DNA from: Pseudomonadota bacterium
Lineage (GTDB): Bacteria; Chloroflexota; UBA5177
Assembly: GCA_021324655.1 (NCBI GenBank)
Contig: JAJPIP010000060.1
Location: 228-64,227, forward strand
Direction: 5' to 3'
DNA length: 64,000 nt
The notes under the pieces were generated by a model. The model saw only the letters and a program-made list of their open reading frames with translations, was not told the origin of the DNA and made no database searches. Positions 20,677 through 29,992 of this stretch are shown here, one piece after another; within the stretch, counting starts at the first letter, position 1; each line of letters begins with the position of its first letter. Made by a program: the position numbers and the translations under genes.

Positions 20677-21398
20677 AGGCCGTCACGCCTGATCGCCGCC
20701 ACCACGACCTGAGCCAGGCGCTGGTGGCCGGCATTGCTCGGGTGCAGTCCGTCGGGCGCGACGTAGTTCGGATGGGCGGCAAGCTCCCGGGTAAAGGACT
20801 GCAGATCCAGGAAGCGTGCGCCGGCCCGGCGAGCAACGCGGGCCATTCCGGCATTCCACGCGTGGACAACCGCGGCCACGCCAACGATGTGCACACGCCG
20901 CACGACAGGGAGAGAGCTCAGATCCGGCATGCCGATGATGAGAACGCGCACGTGCGCGCGCCGCAGCGTCACCACCAGACTGTAGAGATCGCTCAGAAAG
21001 CGTTTGAGCGGAACGCCGGCTCGCAGGTCGTTCACGCCGAAGAAGACGGTACAGAGGACGGGCCGTGCCGCCAGCGCGCCGCTCAATTCGGTGTCATAGC
21101 CCTGAGCGAGCGTTGTCCCCGGGATGCCGACATCCACGAAGCGTTTCGCCCCCAGCATCTTCGCCACCAGGTGCGCGTAGCTGCGTGCCGGCGAGGTAGC
21201 ACCTATACCGAATGTCTCAGACGCCCCCAGGGCGGCGTACGAACCCAGCGCCGGACCGGCCAGCTGCGGGATGGCGTTTGAGGCCGAAGCCGGCTGGACG
21301 TGCGCGCGCGAGGCTGCCTGGCCGCATGCGGCCAGAAACAGGGCACACACCAGGCCAAGGACGAGGAAAGGACGCGGTGATGGGTGGGGCTGCAACAA
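20661..21398 (-). CDS. SGNH/GDSL hydrolase-family lipoprotein
   Basis: Lipobox LFLAAC. SGNH-like blocks GASETFG, FFGVNDL and DGLHPS. Confidence 0.85.
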   Translation of the reverse strand: MLQPHPSPRPFLVLGLVCALFLAACGQAASRAHVQPASASNAIPQLAGPALGSYAALGASETFGIGATSPARSYAHLVAKMLGAKRFVDVGIPGTTLAQGYDTELSGALAARPVLCTVFFGVNDLRAGVPLKRFLSDLYSLVVTLRRAHVRVLIIGMPDLSSLPVVRRVHIVGVAAVVHAWNAGMARVARRAGARFLDLQSFTRELAAHPNYVAPDGLHPSNAGHQRLAQVVVAAIRRDGLWRRP

Positions 21399-21517
21399 AA
21401 GGGCCGATTCTGATCAAGCGAATGAGGGTACGTCCCAGGGCACCGCAGTATAACGAACATGAAGTCCGCATCCTGCCCCCGCGCCACGCTGGAAAACGCC
21501 GCATCGAAGCACCCGCC

Positions 21518-21943
21518 ATGCCCTTGCATCCGAGTCATGCCGTTCTCATCATCCCGATTCTGTTGGAGGTCGGGCTCACCTCGTGCACCCTGCTCCCTCC
21601 GCGGCGCCCACTCGGCACGCCGACTCCCCGTCCCCGCCCCACATCAACTCCCAGCCCCCTCGCCTCGGCATTCGGGAGCGCTTCCGGAGCGATTCCGCAT
21701 CTCGTGGCCGCCGGTCCCTGGCAAGCGACGTGGCAGTATGCCTGCACCGGGCCCCGCTGGTTCCTGCGGATGGAGGCGCATCCGACGCGCCGCAACGTGC
21801 GCCCATCCACCGTCGGCATTCTGGACGCGCGGCCTCCGGCTCCTCGCTCGGGGCACGGGACGACGTCGATGCCGGATCGTGGCAATCTCTACATCACGAT
21901 TCACAGCAGCGGGTGCCGCTGGCGGTTGACCGCGCTCCCGTGA
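21518..21943 (+). CDS. Hypothetical lipoprotein-like protein (141 aa)
   Basis: Internal Met of track ORF 21212-21943. MPLHPSHAVLIIPILLEVGLTSC has a lipobox-like LTSC followed by a Pro/Thr linker. About 80% G/C at third positions by eye. The stop overlaps the next start (GTGA). Confidence 0.45.
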   Translation: MPLHPSHAVLIIPILLEVGLTSCTLLPPRRPLGTPTPRPRPTSTPSPLASAFGSASGAIPHLVAAGPWQATWQYACTGPRWFLRMEAHPTRRNVRPSTVGILDARPPAPRSGHGTTSMPDRGNLYITIHSSGCRWRLTALP

Positions 21944-22353
21944 GGCGGCACACTCCGCACTTCTACCTGGCGCTCCTGGGTCTGGCCCTATCTCTCGCCA
22001 CGGTCGGCGTGACCATCTGGGCCTACTACGACGAGCGCATCGTGAGCAGCGTGATCGCCTTCGCCCTGGGGACCATCACCGACGCAGTGCTCTACCTCAC
22101 CTGGTTCTGGGGCATTTATCTCCTGCTCGCCGGCCGTGTCCCGCGGCGTCTACCCTTTCTTCTCATTCACGCCGCGCTCGGCTCGGTCATTCCTCTGCTG
22201 TACACCATCAGTCTGGGGGTGCAGCTGCCGATCCTGCAGAGCCAGGTGGTGGGTGATCTGCAGGTTAATGTCGCCATGGTCACCGTCCCCGTCATCGGCG
22301 TACAGATCGCGCTGGCGCGCCTGGTCTTTGGCCACCGGCTCACGGCCCGCTAG
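21940..22353 (+). CDS. Hypothetical integral membrane protein (about 4 TM)
   Basis: GTG 21940 overlaps the upstream TGA. Hydrophobic segments FYLALLGLALSLATVGVTIW, VIAFALGTITDAVLYLTWFWGIYLLL, LPFLLIHAALGSVIPLLY and VAMVTVPVIGVQIAL. Confidence 0.5.
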   Translation: MRRHTPHFYLALLGLALSLATVGVTIWAYYDERIVSSVIAFALGTITDAVLYLTWFWGIYLLLAGRVPRRLPFLLIHAALGSVIPLLYTISLGVQLPILQSQVVGDLQVNVAMVTVPVIGVQIALARLVFGHRLTAR

Positions 22354-22422
22354 TCGCCGGCGGGATCCCTCTTTGGCTGTCCTTCCGTCACGTGCTAGCG
22401 TGACCTCAGAGACCACAAGGGG

Positions 22423-23184
22423 GTGGAGATGGCATCAGGGAATGGGCCGGGCCTCGCGTTGCAGCTGTATACGGTGCGCGAAGACTTCGCACGGAATCCG
22501 GAGGACACGGTGCGGCGGGTCGCCGATGCGGGTTATACGGCTGTCGAGGTGGCAGGAACGGGCTCGATGTCGGCCGCAGATTTCCGCGAGCTTCTCGATC
22601 GCTACGGTCTGCAGGCGGTCGGGACACACGTCAGCCTGAACACCATGGAGACGAACCCGCAGCAGGAGATCGAGAACGCGCGGACGCTGGGAGCCCGCTA
22701 CATCAGCAATGCCTACCTCCCACCGAACGAGCGGCAGAATCCGGAAGAGTTGGGCCGGCGGTTGAACGCCGTGGGGCAACGCGTGCGTGAAGCGGGCCTC
22801 ACCTTCTCTCACCACAATCACGACTTCGAGTTTGCCCAGGTGGACGGTGAGCGCTTCATCGACCGCATGCTCAATGCTGCCGAGCCGGACAATTTGTCTC
22901 TTGAGCTGGACGTTTACTGGGCCGAATACGCGGGGGTCGATCCCCTCGACTACTTCCGGCGCTACAGCGGCCGGATCCCTCTCGTCCACATCAAGGACAT
23001 GGCCCCGGATCGTTCCTTCGCCAATGTCGGCGAGGGAACGATGGACTTCAAGCAGATCACATCGGCGGCAGCGGCCCAGGGAACACAGTGGCTGATCGTG
23101 GAGAACGATCAACCGGGTCCCAATCCGGTCGGCGCTGCCGCGACTTCGCTGACAAACCTCAAGCAAATGGGGATCGCCCGATGA
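22423..23184 (+). CDS. Sugar phosphate isomerase/epimerase (xylose-isomerase-like TIM barrel)
   Basis: 253 aa. GYTAVEVAG...FSHHNHDFEF...LELDVYW...VHIKD pattern. Confidence 0.8.
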   Translation: MEMASGNGPGLALQLYTVREDFARNPEDTVRRVADAGYTAVEVAGTGSMSAADFRELLDRYGLQAVGTHVSLNTMETNPQQEIENARTLGARYISNAYLPPNERQNPEELGRRLNAVGQRVREAGLTFSHHNHDFEFAQVDGERFIDRMLNAAEPDNLSLELDVYWAEYAGVDPLDYFRRYSGRIPLVHIKDMAPDRSFANVGEGTMDFKQITSAAAAQGTQWLIVENDQPGPNPVGAAATSLTNLKQMGIAR

Positions 23185-24329
23185 CGGCCGAGGCACCGAT
23201 GCGGGTGGGAGTGATCGGCTGCGGCAACATCAGCAGCGTCTACCTGCGTAACCTTCTCGCCTTCGACAATCTCGAGGTGGTAGCGGTCGCCGACATCGAT
23301 GAGGATCGCGCTCGTGCCCAGGCGGAGCGCTTCGGCGTGCCGCAAGTCCTGACTGTTGACGAACTTCTCGCCTCGCCCGACATCGAGGTCGTCCTCGATC
23401 TCACCGTGCCCGGCGCCCATGCCGATATCAATCGGCGGGCGATTGAAGCCGGGAAGCACATTTACAGCGAGAAACCGTGGGCCACGACACGCGAGGAAGG
23501 ACGTGAGGTGCTCTGCCTGGCGGAGCAGAAAGGAGTCCGTGCCGGCGCGGCGCCCGATACCTTCCTCGGCAATTCGTTCCAGACGGCGCGGCGGCTCATC
23601 GACGAGGGAGTGATCGGCAAGCCGCTCGCCGCGGTCGCCGCTTTCCTGGGCTCCGGACCAGAGCGCTGGCATCCCAATCCGGAATTCTTCTATCAACCGG
23701 GTGCCGGTCCGCTCTTCGACATGGGCCCGTACTACCTCACCGTCCTGATCTCCCTCCTCGGCCCAATTCGCCGGGTCTCCTCGGCCGCACAAATCTCACG
23801 TCCGGAACGCACCATCGGTAGCGGTCCCCTCAAGGGAGAAACGATTCCGGTGAACACGCCGACCCACGTCAGCGCCAGTCTCGAGTTCGAGAGCAATGCG
23901 GTAGGAACACTCCTCACCAGCTTCGACGTGCCGGCCGATACCCTGCCGTTCATCGAGATCTACGGGACGGAGGGCACGCTGGTTCTTCCCGACCCCAACC
24001 GCTTCGACGGCCCGCTCCGTGTCTTTCATGACGGAGAGTGGGAAGAGATCCCGGCACAGGATGAGGTCCCGACCAATTGGCGGGGCGTCGGTCTGGCCGA
24101 CATGGCCGCGGCGATCCGCGAGGGGCGCCCGCACCGTGCCGATGCCGCCACCGCGTTCCACGTGCTCGACGTCATGCAGGCGGCACTCGACTCGTCGCGG
24201 GAAGGACAGCACATCACTCCGGAAACCCGTCCGTCGCGCCCCGCGCCCCTCCCCGGTGGGCCGGCGACGTTCCCGATCAGGAATGGTGAGGAGTTCTTCG
24301 CGCGCTCGGCACGCCAGGACAACTGGTAA
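23181..24329 (+). CDS. Gfo/Idh/MocA family oxidoreductase
   Basis: MRVGVIGCGNIS Rossmann start and the YSEKPWA motif. ATG 23181 overlaps the upstream stop (ATGA). Confidence 0.85.
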   Translation: MTAEAPMRVGVIGCGNISSVYLRNLLAFDNLEVVAVADIDEDRARAQAERFGVPQVLTVDELLASPDIEVVLDLTVPGAHADINRRAIEAGKHIYSEKPWATTREEGREVLCLAEQKGVRAGAAPDTFLGNSFQTARRLIDEGVIGKPLAAVAAFLGSGPERWHPNPEFFYQPGAGPLFDMGPYYLTVLISLLGPIRRVSSAAQISRPERTIGSGPLKGETIPVNTPTHVSASLEFESNAVGTLLTSFDVPADTLPFIEIYGTEGTLVLPDPNRFDGPLRVFHDGEWEEIPAQDEVPTNWRGVGLADMAAAIREGRPHRADAATAFHVLDVMQAALDSSREGQHITPETRPSRPAPLPGGPATFPIRNGEEFFARSARQDNW

Positions 24330-24436
24330 GACGAGGCAATCGCCGCCTGCACCCAGGGAGTTGACCGCAGCGAGGCATCCCTGAAGGATGCGACGGCCGG
24401 AGCGCGGAACAGACGTGGGAGGTTCCGTCCCTGGGC

Positions 24437-24937
24437 TTACAGGTCCAGCACCATCTTGACCTCAGATAGCTCGGGATGTGACGGCAAGGCCTGGGTGTCA
24501 CCAGTCTCTGTGAAACCGGCGCGCCGGTACAGCGTCATGGCCGGGGCATTGTTCTCCGTTACCCACAGCGTCGCCTGGACCGCCCGGCGCTCCCGAGCCC
24601 AGTCCAGCACCGCTTCAATCAAGGCACGCCCCAGGCCCTGTCCCCGATAGGCGGGATCCACCCACATCGAGACGACATCGACGCCGCGTGCCGACGCTGC
24701 GTCATCAAGGAAGCCGGCGACGACGCCGACCCAGGTAGCTCCATGGTCGGCTACCAGCAGGACGTTATCGACACCTTCCGCTCCCTGGCGGGCCCGCTCC
24801 TCCCAGTACCGCGGCGGGCGCGCTTCGATCTCGGCCGGCGTCGACCCGAAGGCGCGCGGGCTCTCCCCGATCGCCCGCCGCCGAATGGCGCGAAAGGCCA
24901 TCCCTTCGTCGGCGCGGATACGTCGAATGGTGATCAC
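24437..24937 (-). CDS. GNAT family N-acetyltransferase
   Basis: RGQGLGRALIE acetyl-CoA binding motif. I placed the start tentatively at GTG 24937 (VITIRRIRADEG); the track ORF begins at 24997. Confidence 0.75.
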   Translation of the reverse strand: MITIRRIRADEGMAFRAIRRRAIGESPRAFGSTPAEIEARPPRYWEERARQGAEGVDNVLLVADHGATWVGVVAGFLDDAASARGVDVVSMWVDPAYRGQGLGRALIEAVLDWARERRAVQATLWVTENNAPAMTLYRRAGFTETGDTQALPSHPELSEVKMVLDL

Positions 24938-24944
24938 GTGGAGG

Positions 24945-25631
24945 TCACCGCGAGCGAGCCGCGGCCGTCTTGCCGGCCGGTGCCAGCAAGGTGTCAATCA
25001 TCTCGACCACTCCCTCCCCGGCTTCGCCGGCCGTCACCCACGCGGCCTCCTCCTTGAGGAGCGAGATTGCATTGGCAACGGCAACCCCCAGCCCGGCAAG
25101 GCGAAGGAGCGGGAGGTCGTTCTCGGCGTCACCAACCGCAACCGTCTCCTCGGCCGCGATGCCCATCTCATCCAGTGCCGCGGCCAGGCCATAGGCCTTG
25201 TCCACACCCTCCGGCAGCACCATTGCCCACTCTTTGTTGTAGGTGAGGTGATGAGTGAGCCCAAGATCACGAATGATGCGCTCGATGGCCTCACGGTGCG
25301 AGGCCCGGGCACCGATGACGACCTCTCCCACGTCGCCCCGCAGATTCTCGGCATCGAGCGCCTCCAGAAGGGCCGCCGGTGGTGGTGGGGCCAGAAGATG
25401 GACCTCCGCACCGGCTGGACGATAAAGAACAGCGCCGTCTTCCGCGACAATGCGATCGAAGACATCCGGACAGTCCAGCGCTTCCAGGATGCTCTGCAGG
25501 CGCCGTCCGGTGACGAGAATAGCCGCGTGACCCGCCTCCCGCCAACGCCTCAGCGCCGCAATCGTCGCCGGCCCCACGGTCCCGAAGCCGAGCGTTCCGT
25601 CGTAGTCGGAGGCGATAGCGCAATAGTCCAC
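24945..25631 (-). CDS. HAD-superfamily hydrolase (Cof/HAD-IIB-like phosphatase)
   Basis: The N-terminal DYDGTL motif (DxD nucleophile), VTGR, and the GDAENDLPLL motif IV. Confidence 0.75.
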   Translation of the reverse strand: MDYCAIASDYDGTLGFGTVGPATIAALRRWREAGHAAILVTGRRLQSILEALDCPDVFDRIVAEDGAVLYRPAGAEVHLLAPPPPAALLEALDAENLRGDVGEVVIGARASHREAIERIIRDLGLTHHLTYNKEWAMVLPEGVDKAYGLAAALDEMGIAAEETVAVGDAENDLPLLRLAGLGVAVANAISLLKEEAAWVTAGEAGEGVVEMIDTLLAPAGKTAAARSR

Positions 25632-25693
25632 TCCTTAACGTAGCCGGAACCATCCAGGATGTCGTGAAACGCGACCGGCGAGGGCGATAAGAC

Positions 25694-26224
25694 ATGACGA
25701 TCCGGATCATCTTCGAGACGCACTCCACGACGACCGACAACGAGCGGGGCATCGCGACGGGCTGGCTGCCGGGCGAATTGTCCGCCGCCGGGAATGAACA
25801 GGCCCGTGCTCTGGGTGAGCGGAGGCGGGAGGGCATCGACGCCGTCTTCGTATCCGACCTGGCACGCGCTGTGGAAACGGCTGAGGTCGCTTTCGCCGGC
25901 CGCGCCATCCCGATCTACCGGGATCGCCGGCTACGGGAATGCAACTACGGCGACCGCAACGGGCAGCCGGTGGCGCAGCTCCATCAGGAGCGCTTGCAGC
26001 ACATCACCAAACCCTGGCCCGGGGGACAGAGCTATCTCGAGGTGGCCGAGGGCATGAAGAGTTTCCTGCAGGACCTGTCCGTCGCGTGGGACGGCCGGAC
26101 CGTCCTCCTCATCGGCCATTCCGCCACCCGCTGGGCCCTGGACTACTTGCTGAAGGGCATCCCTCTCGAGGATGCTATCGCCTCACCATCCTGGCAGCCC
26201 GGGTGGGAGTATGGGCTGCCGTAG
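25694..26224 (+). CDS. Histidine phosphatase family protein (phosphoglycerate-mutase-like)
   Basis: 176 aa. The IRIIFETHSTT...NERG N-terminus and later LIGHSATRWAL fit the two-His phosphatase pattern. Confidence 0.7.
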   Translation: MTIRIIFETHSTTTDNERGIATGWLPGELSAAGNEQARALGERRREGIDAVFVSDLARAVETAEVAFAGRAIPIYRDRRLRECNYGDRNGQPVAQLHQERLQHITKPWPGGQSYLEVAEGMKSFLQDLSVAWDGRTVLLIGHSATRWALDYLLKGIPLEDAIASPSWQPGWEYGLP

Positions 26225-26233
26225 GCCTTGCCC

Positions 26234-27538
26234 CTATGCCGTTACCGCCTCGCGTCCGCGGGTGAATTGTGGGAGATAGTCCGCGTTCTCCTCCAGAATG
26301 TCCTTCCAGAGCGCCTGCGCTGTCGACCAATCGGGCACCAGCGGGTTGTTGAGGAGGGCCAGCAGCGCGGCCCGCTCGCTCCCGGTGATGGCGGCTTCGA
26401 TGGTCAACTCCTCGTACGCCTTGACGTGCTGGACGAGGCCGCGGATGCTCCACGGCAGGTGTCCGGCCGTGATGGCTTGGGCCCCGTGCCCGCTGATGAC
26501 GGCCGGCACCTCCACCGCGACATCGTCCGGCAGATCGGCAATAGCACCAGTGTTGCGGCAGTCGACGATGTGGACATCCTGGCGGTCATTCGCGATCGAA
26601 TCCACCAGCGAGACGGCCAGCGTCGAATAGTAGGCGCCGCCACGCTTGGCAAGCAGTGGCGGCTTGCAGCAAAGCTCCGGATCGCGGTACTGCTCGAGCA
26701 GATTCTGCTCGATCTCCCACACCACCTCGCCGCGCGTCTTGCCGCCCTCCCGCTGATGCGCCAGCACGTCCTGCTGGTGATAGAAGTAGCGCAGGTAGCC
26801 GGACGGGACCATCCGCAGGTTGGCGATCAAGCTCGCGTCGAACGAATCGTCGTGGTCGCGTAATCCCTCCACCATCATGTCGATCAGCCGGTCGGTGACA
26901 TCCTGCCCGTCCAGATAGACAGTTCGGACCCAGCTCAGGTGGTTGAGCCCCACCACGTCCATCTTGACGCGCTCCGGCGTCGCGTCTAGAACCCTGGCGA
27001 TCTGAACCTGGGTGCCGTACGGCCCGTTGCAGAGACCCATCACCTTGATCTCGCCGTAGCGCAGCAGCGACTCCGTTACCATACCGGCGGGATTCGTGAA
27101 GTTGATCATCCAGGCATCCGGCGCGAGGCGGCGAATATCGGCGGCAATGGAGAGTGCCACCGGAATGGTTCGCAGCGCCTTGGCGAACCCGCCGGGACCG
27201 GTTGTCTCCTGACCCACGACGTCGTGCCGGCGGCCCATCTTCTCGTCGCGAATACGCGCCGGCTGACCACCCACCCGAATCTGATTCAGCACGAAGTCCG
27301 CCCCTTCGATGCCGCGCCGGCGGTCGGTCGTTGGCGTCACCGTGAAGTCCAGATCGGCCGCCTTGATCATACGGCGTGCCATCTCTGTCAGGTTCTGCAG
27401 ACGATCCTCATTGATATCGACGAAGGTCAGGTCACGCACCGGTAAACTCTCGTGCCGGTCGATGAGACCTTCCACCAACTCCGGCGTATACGTACTGCCG
27501 GCGCCGATCACCGTGATCTTGTATGCCCGCTCGCTCAT
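26234..27538 (-). CDS. Glycoside hydrolase family 4 (6-phospho-beta-glucosidase-like)
   Basis: KITVIGAGSTYTPELVEGL NAD-binding N-terminus; 434 aa; GH4-like throughout (GLCNGP, NHLSW). Confidence 0.85.
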   Translation of the reverse strand: MSERAYKITVIGAGSTYTPELVEGLIDRHESLPVRDLTFVDINEDRLQNLTEMARRMIKAADLDFTVTPTTDRRRGIEGADFVLNQIRVGGQPARIRDEKMGRRHDVVGQETTGPGGFAKALRTIPVALSIAADIRRLAPDAWMINFTNPAGMVTESLLRYGEIKVMGLCNGPYGTQVQIARVLDATPERVKMDVVGLNHLSWVRTVYLDGQDVTDRLIDMMVEGLRDHDDSFDASLIANLRMVPSGYLRYFYHQQDVLAHQREGGKTRGEVVWEIEQNLLEQYRDPELCCKPPLLAKRGGAYYSTLAVSLVDSIANDRQDVHIVDCRNTGAIADLPDDVAVEVPAVISGHGAQAITAGHLPWSIRGLVQHVKAYEELTIEAAITGSERAALLALLNNPLVPDWSTAQALWKDILEENADYLPQFTRGREAVTA

Positions 27539-28566
27539 GCTGTCATCTCCTCGCCGGCTGCCGGCGCCGCGTAGCTATCACGGGCACGCGCCCGCACCTC
27601 GTCATTGACCGTCACACCCAGGATATCCAGTGCGCCGACCATTGCTCCGACGACCGGCTCCACCTCGGGCCGAATGACCCTCGCCCGCGGCGCGTACTCT
27701 GCCAATTGCGCGCGCACCGCTTGCGTCAGCATCTCCCCGTCACCCTTGAAGACACTGCCCCCCAGAACCACATCGGCCTCCTTGTCGCGGAGATCGACCT
27801 TTCCCAGCAGCGCCAGGGCCGTGCGGGTGATCTCGTCGGCGGCACGATCGACGAGCTCTCGGGCCACGCCATCGCCCATCGCCGCTGCCTGAAAGATGAG
27901 GGGCGGCAGCGAGTACAGCCGCCGATAGCGCCCCTCCGGGGACAGGGTCACGCCGTTGGAGGCTTCACCCGTATGCAGCAGGGCAATGAGCTCCTCGCCA
28001 TCCGGCACGCCGAAGATGGGGAGCACAAGATCACTGAGCATGGTGGGCTCGCCCCGGCCATCCCAGGCACGGACCACCAGACTCACCACCTCACGGGCCA
28101 ACTCCATGCCGCCACCCCAATCACCCGAGATCCAACCCAACGCCGCCAGCCGAAACGTCTCTCCTGCCGCGTTGCGAGCGACCCCGTTGGTCCCGGATCC
28201 CCACCCGACGGCAACGCGATCGGGATTGTCGGAACCGGAGCGCAGGATGGCGACACTGTCGTTATCGAGACCGATCCGCGGCGCGAGCTTGAGTGCCTCC
28301 AGGGCAGGGATCAACAGCGCGAAGTCTTCCGGAAGATCGGCTCCCGCCAGATCAAAGGCTGCCGCGTCCAACGCCGTCACTCCGGCATTCTGCATCGCCT
28401 GCCGCGCCGCCGATGCGACACGCCGCATCGCCTCGTCCAGCCCCACGCCCTGATGATTGCTTCCCGCGGCACGGCCGATACCCAGGATCCGTCCTGTCTC
28501 ATCGGCCACCACGGCGAGCGTCTTCGACGCTCCACCGTCAACCCCTAGTACATGCCTCACCGGCAC
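27535..28566 (-). CDS. BadF/BadG/BcrA/BcrD-type ATPase (N-acetylglucosamine-kinase-like sugar kinase)
   Basis: LGVDGGASKTLAVVAD ASKHA phosphate-1 motif; 343 aa; 4-nt overlap with the GH4 gene. Confidence 0.75.
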   Translation of the reverse strand: MPVRHVLGVDGGASKTLAVVADETGRILGIGRAAGSNHQGVGLDEAMRRVASAARQAMQNAGVTALDAAAFDLAGADLPEDFALLIPALEALKLAPRIGLDNDSVAILRSGSDNPDRVAVGWGSGTNGVARNAAGETFRLAALGWISGDWGGGMELAREVVSLVVRAWDGRGEPTMLSDLVLPIFGVPDGEELIALLHTGEASNGVTLSPEGRYRRLYSLPPLIFQAAAMGDGVARELVDRAADEITRTALALLGKVDLRDKEADVVLGGSVFKGDGEMLTQAVRAQLAEYAPRARVIRPEVEPVVGAMVGALDILGVTVNDEVRARARDSYAAPAAGEEMTA

Positions 28567-28708
28567 CCCCTGTCCGTTACCCTATCACGGCTCCCCAACG
28601 GACAGTCTTGAGGGAAGTGGTCCGCACGCCGGGTCCGGGCTCGTTTCTCGCCCAATTATGAGAAACGGCACGGTATCTCACCAACCGCACCGCGTTATCA
28701 TCGGCGGC

Positions 28709-29938
28709 ATGGACCTCTTGCAGAGCCGGGGATTCGTCCTGCTTCTAACGGGCCAACTCCTCGCCACGTTCGGTATTTGGGCATTCCGGACCGTTCTGTT
28801 GATCTGGGTCTACAGTCTGTCTCACTCAGGGACCGCGGTCAGCCTCGTCGGCTTTGCCGAGACCCTGCCCCTGTTGGTGGTGTCGCCGGTGAGCGGAGTC
28901 CTGGTCGATCGCTGGCACCGGGCCCTCACCATGGCGGCCGGTACCGCCGCGACCGCCCTGCTCATGTTGCCTCTCCTGCTCGCACATGGGACATTTGCCC
29001 TCCCGCTCATCTTCGGCGCGGCTCTCCTGGCAAACGCCGCGGTCCAGTTCTTCTTTACCGCGTCCGGGGCGGCGCTTCCCGCCCTGGTCGGGCAAGAGCA
29101 TGTGGCGCAGGCGAACAGTCTCGTCTCGATCCTCAACGGCGGCGTTGCCGTCCTGGGACCGGCCATCGCCGCCTTTCTTGTCACGGCGTTCGCGCCGCAC
29201 GGCGCTATCCTCGCTCTTGCCGGTCTATTTGTGCTCGCAACGCCGATCCTGGCACTGGTACCGGCACCTCGCGCGGTCGGCGCGACCTCGGGCTCAGTTG
29301 GAGGTCAGATTCTCGCCGGACTCGCCTACGTGCGGCGATCACGGCTCCTGCTCTCTCTGACGGCGCTCGTCATCGTCGCCGGCCTCGGCTTCGGCGGCCT
29401 CTCCGTCCTCGACGTCGTCTTCGTGAGTCGGGCACTGCACCTGCCGCCCAGCAATGTCGGCATTCTGCTGTCATCGGCGGGTTTCGGCGAGCTGGCCGGC
29501 GGAGTCCTTATTACGCTCGCTGCCCGGCGTCTCGAGGGACGCTATCACCTGGTGTTGGGGCTGACGGTCCTGGTCGCGGGCGGCTCGCTGGTCGCCTACT
29601 CCCAGTCCCAGACGCTCCTGGCGGCGATCGCGGCTCTTGCCGTTGCCAGCCTGTCCTTTCCCGCTCTCATCGTCTCCTTTACAACCCTGCAGCAGCGAGT
29701 CACGGAAGACGCCTTCATGGGGCGCGTCGTCAGCACCACCGGTACTGCCATGTCCGTCTCCCTGATGATCTCCCTGGCGGTCTCCGGCACCCTCACCGAT
29801 CTGACCGGCGTGCGCCATGTCATCGCCGCCGGCGGGACCATCATGCTGTTGACCGGGGTTCTCTCCCTCTACCTGATTCGGGCCACACCGCCGCCACATT
29901 CGCTTCCGGGGGGCGAGGGAGAGTCGTTAGCCCTGTAA
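28709..29938 (+). CDS. MFS transporter
   Basis: About 12 hydrophobic segments and a GVLVDRWHR loop 2-3 motif. The start is uncertain (ATG 28709 or ATG 28658); the 5' 67 codons of the track ORF overlap the divergent kinase gene. Confidence 0.8.
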   Translation: MDLLQSRGFVLLLTGQLLATFGIWAFRTVLLIWVYSLSHSGTAVSLVGFAETLPLLVVSPVSGVLVDRWHRALTMAAGTAATALLMLPLLLAHGTFALPLIFGAALLANAAVQFFFTASGAALPALVGQEHVAQANSLVSILNGGVAVLGPAIAAFLVTAFAPHGAILALAGLFVLATPILALVPAPRAVGATSGSVGGQILAGLAYVRRSRLLLSLTALVIVAGLGFGGLSVLDVVFVSRALHLPPSNVGILLSSAGFGELAGGVLITLAARRLEGRYHLVLGLTVLVAGGSLVAYSQSQTLLAAIAALAVASLSFPALIVSFTTLQQRVTEDAFMGRVVSTTGTAMSVSLMISLAVSGTLTDLTGVRHVIAAGGTIMLLTGVLSLYLIRATPPPHSLPGGEGESLAL

Positions 29939-29992
29939 CACGGCGTCGACCGGATCCCGTCCATCTATCCTCATCGCGCGATAGAGTGAGGC

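Noticed and set aside
24352-24435. Nested short inverted repeats (CCCAGGGA...TCCCTGGG; GCATCC-ctgaa-GGATGC) between convergent genes
   Set aside because: The stems are only 6-8 bp with long unpaired spans. That is within chance expectation for GC-rich DNA, so I did not call it as a terminator.
29939-29992. Fluoride riboswitch expected upstream of crcB
   Set aside because: The gap is only 54 nt. I could not find the conserved crcB-motif elements (GGxGAUGG...CUGAUGAU pseudoknot). crcB may be read through from the MFS gene or regulated in some other way.
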